64,000 nucleotides of DNA from Cenococcum geophilum (lineage: Eukaryota), in the NCBI GenBank assembly GCA_050273025.1, contig CP158635.1, forward strand, positions 26,288,001 through 26,352,000. The letters run 5' to 3'. A model generated the notes under the pieces. It saw only the letters and a list, made by a program, of their open reading frames with translations, did not search any database and was not told the DNA's origin. Position 1 is the stretch's first letter. Every line of letters starts with the position of its first letter. Below are positions 27,338 to 39,920 of this stretch, in pieces. The translations under genes and the position numbers were made by a program.

Positions 27338-27989
27338 ATACCTAAAGCTCTTTCTTCTTTATAGGTACAACGTTGTGCTTATACTATTACTACGATATTA
27401 TCTCTTAGTGAGATTATACTATCTCTATATTCTTGCTATTTAAAAAAGGGGTTAGTTTATATTGCGTTAGCAAACCTATCTTCGCGCCAACTGTCCTTTT
27501 ACTTAGAGTGCACTAAAGCGAATATTTATTTGTCCTATAATATTCGCTTTATCTCTAATACTAAATATACGCGACCTATTACTCTTAATAGTCGTCTAGT
27601 TCCTTAATTAATTTATCTTAGGGTCTTATATTTAATCTGCTACTACGTAGCTAAATAGTAAACTATCTTAAGCCCTTATTAAATTAAAACGTTCTTATAA
27701 TATAGAGCAGAAGGCTCTTAAAGCCCGTATTATAGCGTCTACTTAGTTGCTTTATCTTAAAAAGGTTTATAAGAAGGTTTATTTTAAGGAGTAGAAACTT
27801 ATAGAATAGGGTTTATAGAAGCTTAGTAATAAAAAAACAGATCCTCTTTTAACTAAGAAGGAAATAGATTTAAGTAGTTCGGCAACTATTCTTCTTAGGT
27901 CCCCCTTAGGTGACTCTTTTTTTTATAATCCTTTTTTATTAATACTACCTAACCTAATCTCTTCTAATACTCCTATACCTTTCCCCTAG
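27338..27989 (+). pseudogene. Antisense accessory ORF of Gypsy C (Zn2Cys6-like + coiled coil, putative intron 27567-27621), RIP-degraded
   Basis: Same reading frame and Cys/Tyr spacing as in copy B. A 55-nt interval ending TTAG must be removed to keep the frame. Confidence 0.65.
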
Positions 27990-29589
27990 CGTTTTTTAGG
28001 TTCTCTAGTGGCTCCTAAGTAATCTTATTATAGCCTATCCACTTTACCTTATACTATATTTTATCGTTAATATCCTTATAACTAATAATCTTTAAAACTT
28101 ACTATTTGTCCTCTTTTTATCCTCTATACGTATCTACTTTATAAACTAGTGGCTTAACATTTTCATATATTAGCTCTAGTATCGCGATATGCTATATAGG
28201 GTAGATCTTTATTTTAGCTAGTAGGTTTAACTTAAATATAACTAGTAAAATCCTCTATTTAATTTTAAAAGGTCCTAGTCTAATATAGTTTAACTTCTTG
28301 CTTAGTTGTTAACTTTTAAAATTTTTATATAGTAGCTATACTTTATCTCCCTCCTTAAGATCTGGTCCTTTAGATCTCTTAGCATTATAGTACTTTTCCA
28401 TTCTTTCTTATACCTTTTTTACTAATTCTATAAGATCTATATAAAGATTTATTAATATTTTTATTCTTTCTTTAGCTATGCTACTTATTTTCTTTACTTA
28501 TTATAGTAATAATAATATTCTTAACTTATACCCGTAATTTGCCTTAAATAGTAATATGCCTATTCCTTCTTATAGTATTATATTATATACAAACTATATA
28601 ACTAGTAATAATAATACCTAATTATTCTATACATAATTAATATAATATCTTAGATACTGTTTTAGTATCTAATTTAGTCTTTTTATTTAACCGTCTGTCT
28701 ACAGATAATATACGGTAGAAGTTGCTACTCTAACTCCTTATTCCGCTAAGAATACCTCCTAAAATACTACTATAAATCTTAGATCTCTATCTAATATAAT
28801 TTTACTTAGTACTCTATGTCTTATAAACACTTCCTTAATATAGATTCTAGCGATATCTTCTACTAAGATTTCTTCCGTGTATGCTATAAAGTATCCCCAC
28901 TTTATAAGTTTATCTACTATTACTAAAATTATATTATAATCTTGTCCGGTAATAGGGTCTCTTAACTTTAGTAACTTAATAATAAAGTCCTATAATATAA
29001 CCTCCTATAGTCTCTCTAGTATTTTAATAGGTTATAGCCTTCCATACAGCTTATATCTTATTAATTTATTTCTCTAGTAATCTAGATATTCCTTTATAAC
29101 TTTTCGCGCTAAGCCCTAAATTCTATTAATAATATACTCCTCTTAGAGTCTTAATACTAAGCCTGCGGCTCTATTATATCCTTAAGTTAATCCCTTATAG
29201 AAATCCTCTATAAAGTACTCTGCTATACTTCTTAGGATATACTTTACCTCTCTATACTTATATAGTATTTCTTCTTCTAAATATTTTAACTGTTCTTCTA
29301 GCTATACTTTAAAGATTCTTTATGCCTAAAAGCTTTCCGGTAACTTATAAACTCTTTTTAGTTCCTCTTAAGTTACTATAATTTTTAGATAATTATACCT
29401 AATTAGTCCATCTATATCCTTTCGCAGTAAAGCCCCTAATAGCTTTTCGTTATTTTATAGTTTAGCTTTTTAACTTAGAGCGTTTACTTATATATTATCT
29501 ATACCCTTAGTATACTAAATCTTAAAATGGTATTCTGTAAGCATTTCTACCTATCTAACCTATCTTTAGTTAAGTTCCTTTATTATTAG

Positions 29590-32500
29590 TGTTCGTACTA
29601 ACTTAATAGCACGAGTGAGTCGTATCCACGGGCACGAAATACATGTAGTATCGTATGCTTGTTTGGATGGTGACTGTTGATTATATAAAGCAGACTACGT
29701 GGTCTATATACTAATGCACCTCCCCCCTAATTAGTTAGTGCTTTATAAGTGCACCAGACGCGTAAGCAAGTGGTTAGTGCACTAAACGCGTAAACACGTA
29801 AGCACGCGTTTGGTATAACAGGTGCTGTAATTATACACTGGTAGTACTTAAAAAATAAAACCACCTGTGTACAGCCTCCGTAATTACTTTAATAAAACCA
29901 TAGAACACAAAGGAAAAATACATAGAAAATCTCCCCTAAGGTACCGTCTAGGCTGCCTTTTAAACGGTACCTCAAGCTGGCCGTAAGTCCTACTTACGGT
30001 CCGTAAAATAAACCATACGGCCTTTTAACAGGTAGTAAGTCAGATTTTAAGGGCCGCCAAGGCGCTAGTGCTAAGCGAGCCAATAGCGATTTTCTATGCC
30101 CGGCATGGAAAATCGTAATTAGTTAATTCGACTACTATGGCAGAATATAGCAGAATTTGGCAGGTCACGTAAGTCCACTAAGTTCTATTACAGCTTTCCA
30201 CCGTTTTTCTACCTAATAGCTTACGGTCCGTAGAATAGGCCATATAATAAGCCGTACGGCCTTCCAACGGGCCGTAGGCGTACCGTAGGTACTCCGTTAG
30301 TCCCGTTCTACCTATTCTATAACTTTTAGGTTAAGCTTATTTATATTAATTAGGGTTTTAAGGGCTTAACACGGCTTTGCCTTAGTTATGGCGTCTACTA
30401 AGTTATCTCCGCTGCTGATCCATTTAACCTCCATAATCTCACGTCGTTCATAGGCCTAACGTAAGCATATTAGGTCAACCATAAGCCTCTTCTCTTATAT
30501 CATACCTAGTTTAACTAGGCAGTTGTAAAGGGACTTTAAATCGGTGCATAAAACCAGGGGTAACTACTCTAGTTATAGAATCTTCTAGACCGTTAATTTA
30601 ATTGCGGCTGCTATATTAAATCCATAAGCTAGTGCATATAGTTCAAAAGCTAGTACATTACAGGTTACTCGTTTACACTTAATTAAAAACCAGTATAGTA
30701 TATTTGCGTCCTAATTATAGTCCGTAAGTACAATTACAAAGCCGATTTGTAATAATAGGTCTTTATTATTAGTAAAGGAGGCGTTTGTAAATGCTAGTAA
30801 GCTAAGGGAACTTAGGTCTAGTAGTATGAAAGTAAGTCCCCTTGCTATATTATCAATTTGCCACTAAATGCGCTTATTAAGCTGCTTAATATTTTCTTCT
30901 TACAAATCTACTACCTAGGCCGTAAAGAATAAGTTATAGGCAGATTCGGGTTAGCAGACTATGGCAATATAGGCGCCTCTTACACGCTATACAGCGTATT
31001 AGTCTTTTATATTTATGGTCTTATAAGTCTCTTTGCGGGAACTAGTAAGGTCCGTAGGCTTTACTATAACAAGCTTTAGGTTTTAAGCTTAGCGTTCCTA
31101 GGTTAGCTAGATTAAGTTGCCCTTTTATATAATTAAGCCTCCGTTAAACTTAATTGGAGTCTACTTAGTTAACTATTCTTGCGGCTTTACCAGGAACTTA
31201 GCTTCTTATAGTTTAGTCTCTTTAGTATCCGTAAATGTCCGGTCTACTAAAAAGAGGGTATTATCTATTTAGAGTCTAATAATATTAAGGCCGTTTAATG
31301 GGCTATATAGGAGGCAGGGGTTATAGGTTAACTATTCCATTTTAAGTTTACTAACGTAATGCTAGTGGTATATTTTAAACCAATGGTTTCCGGCTTTTAG
31401 TACTCCGTAAAGAGGTTTTATAACCTATAAAATTATTCCTAGTTATAGGTTAAGCTTATAGGGTAGTCGTATAAAAATATCCCTACTTAGGTAGGTATTA
31501 GACTGTATATAGGCTTATAAGATATCCTATAAGTAAAGGGCTACGGATTTAGTTTGCTATAGTCTAGGCGTAAGTGCGAGTATAATCCGTTAACTAACCT
31601 ATTAAATTATAGGCAATTGCGTAAGAACTAGGTCCTTTCCCTAGTCGTTATAAGCTTATACAACGAGCCTTAATTTCTTAAAGGCTTTATTAGTACTAGG
31701 GTGTTTAATCTTATTAATAAAGCGTAAGTTAAATATACGAACGCCTTATAGAATGTCTCTCTCTGTTATAATCGTAAAGACACCCTTTTTAAGTAGTCCG
31801 TTAATCTCTTTACGCCGTAAGTCTATAAAAGGGGTTTCCTGTACTAGAACTAATATATCTACAGGCGGAGATTACTTTGCGGATATGCCTATAAAGGTTA
31901 GGTAGTTCTCTGTTATGGGATTCTTACGGGGGCGTCCTCGGCCACGCTTTACGGTAGGTTTAGTAGGTTTAGTGGGTTTCTAGGGGACCTCTAGAGTAGA
32001 TAAGGGTGCCTCTAGTTTATTTAATTCGGTAGTCGTTTCTAGTTCATTTAGTTTAGTGGTTGCTTCTAGTTCATCTAGCTTAACGTTATGGGTGTTTTTA
32101 AGCTAAAAGTAGGGTTTTACGGACGTGCTTCTAAAGCTAGTTGGCCTGCTAGGAAGCTATACGCAGCACGTCTCATTTTCTACAGCTAGTAAACGGTAAG
32201 GTCCATTCTAACTGCCGCTTTTACGCCATACGAGGACTTTAGAGTTAAGCGGGAGGTTGTGTATTAAGGTTATATTAGGTCCGTTGCGGTAGTATAGGGC
32301 GTTATTAATAGTTTGTTTAGCCCGTAATTTGACTATTTCGGCTATTGCCTTCTATATTATAGCTGCTCGTTCTATAATAGACGGGGTAGGGGGGCCTAGG
32401 TTGCTTATCCTTGGGTAGGCTCCGTAAACCAAGAGGGTGGGTACTAGTCCATTAGGGCCAGCGGTATTATTAACGGCTTTTACGGCCATCTATAAAGCCA

Positions 32501-35500
32501 GTTCCTTTTAGATATCCTTATACTCGTCCGTAATAATCTAATAAGCTCTCTATAGAGCTAGGTGAGCTCGCTTAATAAGCCTAACGGACTAATGTGCCTT
32601 AACTAGAATAGCTTTTGTTAATATAGCCATGGCCGTAGTATACTGCTGGAATTCCTTGCTAATAAAGTTCCTACCGGCGTCATAGGTAATATACTTAAGA
32701 GGTCTAACGTACGTGTCAATCTAGCAGGTCCGTAAAATATCCCAAGTATGCTTTACGGATATATTTTGCAACCAATAGGCGGCTTGGTAGCGGGTTGCCT
32801 CGTTAATTATATGTAATACTAGGCTGCCGTTAATATATATAATGTCTACGTATACTAAGTGGTTGAAGTTAAGGTCCTTATAAAGGGTAAACTTAAATCG
32901 GCCTAGGGAACGTCCGTATTTCTGGCAAAAGGAGCAGTATTTAGTCAGGTAATTAACTGCCTTCCTATCAACATTGTCGTGTCCAAAGCGTTCAAGGACT
33001 CTATATAGCTTTTCGGCTGATAGGTGGCCGAAACGGCGGTATAGACGGTGGATCTCCGTACTGGTAAGGTAGCACGGGTTATAGTCAAAAGATTCCTAAA
33101 TATAGGTCCGTAAAGTCTCTCCCTATATAAGGAACGGGTGTCCAAATTATTATATAATTGGTAGGGTAATATACTTACTTCCTAGGGCAGTTGCGGGGCC
33201 AATCAAGGTATCCGTAATATTATTGTAGTAAACCTATAACCTATCTATATCCGCAAGGCAAAGTAAAAAAGGGGTGTCTGCTTTTACTATATAGAAGTTA
33301 ACTAGGCTAATTAGGGTCTTAACTATAACTAATCCAATTAATGCAGTTAAGCCAATGCCGAATTAGACGTTTACGGCCCCAGTTTACGTAATATTAATGT
33401 CCGTATTATTATTTACGGTAGTCCTATATGCGAGGTATTATCCATAGCCTACAGTAGACTTCTTAAAGGCGCCTGTGTTAATTATAACACCGTAGAATTC
33501 CTTGGGGGTATAGCGTTCTGTGGTAATATATACAAATGGGTCCTGCTTATAATCTATAACGTCTATAACAGGGGTGCTTACGGAATGGTTTTTGGGCGTA
33601 ACTAAGTGTATAAAGGAATAGTCGGCTAATACGGTCGTAATATTAAAGGCTTAGCTATCCGTAAAAGGTCTAAAAGTAGTTAGGAATATCTTTAAGGTCT
33701 CTTATTCCTAAGCGTCTAAGTTAAAGTTAATTATAAGGGCTTCTATTAACTCATTAGGGGGCTCTTCTACTTCCTCTCCTTCGTATTCCAAAATAAACTA
33801 GTTAATACGGCTATTAAGTCTCTTCCTAGACTTATTACGTTCTTCCTAGGTATGCCTTATAGACTAATATCCTTCCTTACCGCACACAAAGCACTTTTGG
33901 CTAGTTTGTCTGTAGGGGTATGTTTTTATATAGGGGTTACTATGGGGGTTACAGGTAGGACTTAGTCGGTACGGGTGCTGCTAGCGGTAGCGGCGGTCCG
34001 TAAAGTAGACGTCTAAGTCTATTTACGGATATTAAATATCCGTAATAAAGGCTTGAGTGCTGCCTAGTGGGTTTAAGACTTTGTACGTTGTAATAGAGAA
34101 ATATAGATTATTAATAAGGCCAGCTAAGGTATCTATAGGCTTATAGTAGGCGTACTTATAGGGCTCTACTTCCTGGCAGGCCGTAATAAGTTTATTATGC
34201 AGGAAGTCGTCCGTTTGAAGCTTAATATTAAAACCGTGCTATAGGTAGCGGAGGTCTTTAATAAGGATTTGTAGGTACTCTATAGTCGATTTTTTAGTGT
34301 TCTTATCTATTACGGTCCGTAGCTTGGTCGCATTCTATTAGGTAAGAATATTACGCTTATATTCTAGTCCTTTAAAGTAGTTACGTATAGCTTTGCATAG
34401 CTTATTAAAAGAAACACTAAGGGGGTTGCTCTTAAGGTTAGTATAGTAGTAGTTAAGTGCTAGGCCGCGTAGTATAGTAGAGTAGGCTTGGCTAAACTCT
34501 TATTTAGGAATATTAGCCTTCTGGCAGAGGTCCGTAAAGATAGTTAGTTTAAAGTTAAAGTTATCGTTTTCGCCGCTATACTTAGATTTATCGGTATAGA
34601 GCTTAGCTAGGTTAGCTAGCTCCTTACCGTAGGTCTTTAGTTAGGTGGGTTGCGGATCTATAACTTACAGATTTATGGTTTGCGGATATGTGGCTTATAG
34701 ATCTGTGACTTAAATAACGGGGGTAATTTGGTCCGTATTTTGGTTTGCGGGGGTATTGCAGTCCGTAACTTAAGTACTAGGTATACTTTAGCCCATAAAA
34801 TTAATTCCGAAACTGCTTAGGTTTATAGGACGAATTTGGTTAAGTGGGTTAGGTATAAGGCTAGCGATTATATTAAGTTTAGAAGAAGCAAAGAGTTTCT
34901 TAGTTTCTTAGAACTGGTCTAGGATTTCCTCTTTAGTCTATTCCGTTTAGTCCTTCTTATATATTATATTGTACAAGGACTATATAACAGTAACTCGTTT
35001 ATTCCTTTTAACCTATACACCTTAGTTACGTAAGAGGGTCTATAGGTTACGGATGGTAGTAGGGTTATATGCTTTAAAGATAGCTTCCATAAAGTCCGCG
35101 AAGTCTTCCTAGTATTGCTCCCATAGGTTAACGTTTATAAGCTTAAAATATTCATATTTAAGAACTTTAAATTTAATATAGTTGTTAACGTTAGGTATAG
35201 ACGTAAGGTCGGCTCCCTACCTCTACTTTTTCTAGCCTTTATCAACTTGCTTCCTTAGGTCTGCTATACTATATAGTATAGTGTAGTATACAGTGGGTGG
35301 AAGAGGTCTTGTAGTGGTCCGTAAAGGCGGTTAATATCTGTAGCGGTTCGTAGAAGGGTAAGGGTATCCGTAAGGGGTCTCAATAGGTCCGTAGTAGTTC
35401 GTAAAGGGGTAGGGGGTCTCTATAAGGGGTCTAAAAAGACGTCGGAGGTATTAAAAGAGGGTATAGTAGGGATAGGGGTTTAAGGTTTAAGGGTAGGGGG

Positions 35501-35957
35501 TTCCGTATAGGTCTATATTCGCGTCTATTATACTTTTAGTAAACCGTACTAAGACTTAAATAAGTATATAGAGTTAGAGATAAGTCCGTAATCCCTAACT
35601 TCTAACCTTCTAGTAGGTCGTACTAGGAGTCTAAACGGGTGGTCGCTGTCGAGTATCGCTCGGGGGAAGGTATTAAGTGATTGCTAATCTATACGCGCTC
35701 ACTGATCAGTATTCGTACTAACTTAATAGCACAAGTAAGTCGTATCCACGGGCACGAAATACATATAGTATCGTATACTTATTTAGATGGTAACTGTCGA
35801 TTATATAAAGTAGACTACGTGGTCTATATACTAATGCACCTCCCCCCTAATTAGTTAGTGCTTTATAAGTGCACCAGACGCGTAAGCGAGTGGTTAATGC
35901 ACTGAACGCGTAAACGCGTAAGCACGCGTTTGGTACAATAGGTGCTGTAATTATACA
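29590..35957 (-). mobile_element. Copia (GalEa-like) retrotransposon D, full length, RIP-degraded
   Basis: 248-bp LTRs (29590-29837 and 35710-35957), TSD ATTAG, gag-PR-IN-RT-RH order on the minus strand, and CTGATCAGT right after the 5' LTR. Confidence 0.92.
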
Positions 35958-38900
35958 ATTAGAAATCCTATTAGGTTTTTATAATCCGTCTTAACTATAA
36001 ATAGTTTCTCTATGCCTTATAAGAATGCTCTCTATTTTTTTAATACTGTAACTATACCTAATAACTCTTTATTGTAGATGTTATAGTTTAACTCTAGTAG
36101 TATTATCTTTTAACTATAGTATACCACTAGGTGCTATCTATTTTAATATTTCTATATAAAGCACGCCCCTAGTATAAAGTATAATATATCTATTTTTATA
36201 ACCGTCTCTAGTCCTAGTTAATAGATTTTAAAAACTAGCTCCTAGGTAAACAACTCTTTAACTTTTTTAAATAATTTCCGCTGTTTCTCTCCCTATACCT
36301 ATAGTTCTTCTTTCTTTATTAATTATATAAATAGTTTAATGTCCTTTAACTATTGCGCTATAAACCGTCTACAGTAATTATAAAACCCTAGAAATAATCT
36401 TAACTACATAACATTCTCTAGTTCTTACTAATTTACTATAGCCTCGATCTTTTTAGGATCTATATTAAGTTGGCCTAGTTTAATAATAAATCTAACAAAA
36501 TTAGTTTTCCTAGTGAAGAACTCGTATTTCTTAATTGCTACTAGCATCTATTTTTCTTATAGTCTCTTTAAGACCTATTTAACGTGTTCTCCGTACTCTT
36601 CCTTAGTTATTAAGTAGATAATAATATTATTAAGGTATACTATAACAAATTTATCTAAGTGTTCTCCTAATACATTATTAATACGTTTCTAGAATGTTGC
36701 TAGTATATTTATAAGCCCAAATTATATAACTAATAATTTATATAGTTCTTCCTTTAACCTAAAGGCTGCTTTTTATTTATTACCTTCCTTAATCCTAATC
36801 TAATAGTACGCCTATCTTAGATTTATCTTTATAAAGATTTATACATTACCTATCCTATCTTAAATTTTGCTAATTAAGGGTAAAAAATACCTATCCTTTC
36901 TAGTGATGCTATTTAACTATCTATAGTTAATATACAGCCTTAGTTTATTATTTTTCTTTAATACAAATAGTACTGGATAACCTGCTAATAACTGCGTTAG
37001 TTTAATATATCCCTTTTATAGGTTCTCCTAGACAGACTCTTTTAATACTCTACCTTCCTCTTTAGTAAGCTTATAGATTGGAAAAAACCTTAAACTTATT
37101 TCTAGTTCTAATTCTATTTTATAGTCCTATACTATATATTCTAATAGCTTCTTACTTTCTAGTGACCATAGTTTCTTACTATACTTATAATATCTTTTTA
37201 GTATATAACCTAATCCTTTTTCTATTTCTTTATAGGTCGCTCCTACTTAGTACTATACTAACTTAGCTTGCTATTATATCCTACGCCATTAAGTATTTTG
37301 GATATTAACTTAACCTATAATCTAATTAATCTTTAGATTATATTTCTATAACTAAGGCATTTCTAATACTGCCTTATTATTCCCTAATAGTAATATATTA
37401 AAAAATATCTCGATTTATCTCCCTTTAATAGTTAGCTAAATAGGTCCTGTTTTAAGATTAATAATACCTCCTCCGTAGGCTATTAGATCTCCTAAAATTG
37501 TTACTAATAGGTAAAAGTACTCCTTTTTCCTATATAGTAACCCTATTCTTTTAACTGCCGCTAATAATATATAGTTCCTTATTACTCCACTATCTATTAG
37601 TACTTTAAACTATTAATCTTACTACTTAACTTATAGGTTTAAGTGTTGTCCTTAAATTCCTTTAAGGGTCTAAGGCTCTACTACTAGTTCTCTTTGGTTT
37701 TATAGGCCTCTACTTTTCCTAACTACTAGCTATTTAATTCTGTTTATACTTGGTCCACTTTTAGCCAATACTTAGTTCGCTTTTTATCTTTAATATACTA
37801 TAGATATATGTTCTCTAGGCACTTCTACTACTATTATCCGTCTAGGCATTCTTCCGTAAGGAATCTTCCTAGCTAAAATATTAAGTCCCCTTAGCTCTAT
37901 ACTTCTATTAGTTGCCAACTATATATATACCTAGCGTTTTTATATTTCGCCTTATCCGGTGCCTAATATATCCTTACTAAGTACTTCTAGTTCTTATCTT
38001 TAGGTACTCTATATATATTATACATATTATCCACGTATACAATCCATACCAATATATAGTGTGCTTAATGTCTTAGGTTAACTCTTAGCTTATCTTTATC
38101 CTTAAGTTTAAACCTCTCTTATATTAATCTAAGCGTTACGACTTTATTTATAGGTACTAAGATTTGCCTTTCGCTTCTCTAGTCCTCTAATTACTCCTCT
38201 AGATCTTTTAACATTATAATTAAGGCTCCTTTAATATAACTTATAGCCTTTTCTATAATTAGGTGGTTTTAGACAACTTTTTTTTATCTAGCCACATATA
38301 GAAATCTTCCTACTTATTATTATGTCGTTATTTATACCACTTTTAGTATAACCCCTTAAGTATATATAGCTTATCTATAAGGAAGTATCTTCTTATTGCT
38401 GCGTCGTGATAGCCCTTTATATGTCGTTCCTTAAACCTAGTTAAAATCCCTAAATCCTCTTCTTATTCTAGTTTAGTAAGCCACTTAGCTCTTAGTGTGC
38501 CTATTTTAGGCCTATTAGTAATTCTTTATACGGGTGCTCTATTCCTTATACGGCCTAATATATTAGATCTCTTGTCTAGTTTCTAATCTTACTATAAGGT
38601 AATTCTTACTCTAAATTCCTTTATAGTTTCTTTCTTTTCGCGTCTTATAAGTAGATCCTTAAAGTCTTCCTATTTTTTAATCTTATTAATAGTCCTTATT
38701 TGTGTCTTAAAGTCTTAGTTCTATAGAATTCTTAATCCTAAGCTTGCTTCTATCTTAAGCTTTACTTCTGCCTTAGTCTAACTAGGCTTAGGTATTCTTA
38801 TTTTATCCTAAAAATCTTAAATCTTACTTATCTCTTCTTAAGAATCTTGTGCCTATAGGAAACTCTATCCCGAGCTTATTCGTATATCCTTAAACTAAGC

Positions 38901-39920
38901 TATTACCCTACTCCATCGGTTTCTATCTATTGTAGGTCCTTAGGTATACCTTATCTTATTTTAAAAATCTTAGTCATCTCTTATCTTATCTTAAGAATCT
39001 TAAGCCTTTAGCCTTTTGCCTTTATTAAGCAATGAATTAGCACTAGCAGTTATCTACTTGCTTAATCTCTATAAGATACTCTTTCTTTTATCTTATAAAG
39101 CAATAGATGCCGTATCTAACGGTATTATAATACCTATTACTAAACCTTACTCTATAGCAGTCTTAGTCTCTACTTCTAATATAACTTTTCTAAGGTTTAC
39201 ACGCTCCTAGTAAGCTGCCCTTATTACCTTATTATCTATAAATATTTCGCCTATATTAAACTCGTCGTCTTTAATATCTAATCTACGTAATAGTTTGTTA
39301 GTTCCCCTATATTTTAAAGATTTTAGCTCCTACGGCCAATAGCTTACGCCGTACTTAGCGTCTTTATAAATTTAGTATGCGTTATTATAACAAAACGTAA
39401 AACTTTTAATTAAACATTCCTTTGTTCCTTGTAGTATACTATTATCTCTCTATATATATATATCTTCTACTAGTCTAGTTCCCTTTATTATATAGTGACT
39501 TTAACTATCTTTATAATCCCTTGCGAAGTAACCTTATTTCCTACAATTTATATAAGCTCCGTTTTTAAACTACTAACTTTGCTATAAAGTCCGCCTAAAT
39601 ATCTTCTGCTGCTAAGATCCCTAGTTTAGCCTCTACTCTTTAGTCCTATAATTACTAGATCTTTAACCTTTAGGTTTCTATAGTTTCTTACTCTATTTTT
39701 TATAGGCTTCTTTAGTACTACTTAGGTCTATTAACTCTGCGCTATACTATAGCTTCTAATTTAGCTTTAGTTATTGCGTGCTCTACGCCTTATACAACTA
39801 TAAAACTCTATTCTAGCCTCTTTTAGCCTATTCCCTTTAGTAGATCCAATTATTAATTTTAATTACTTAATCTATTAATTCCTATAGGGTGTCCGTATCT
39901 TCCATTAGGATAATTATATC

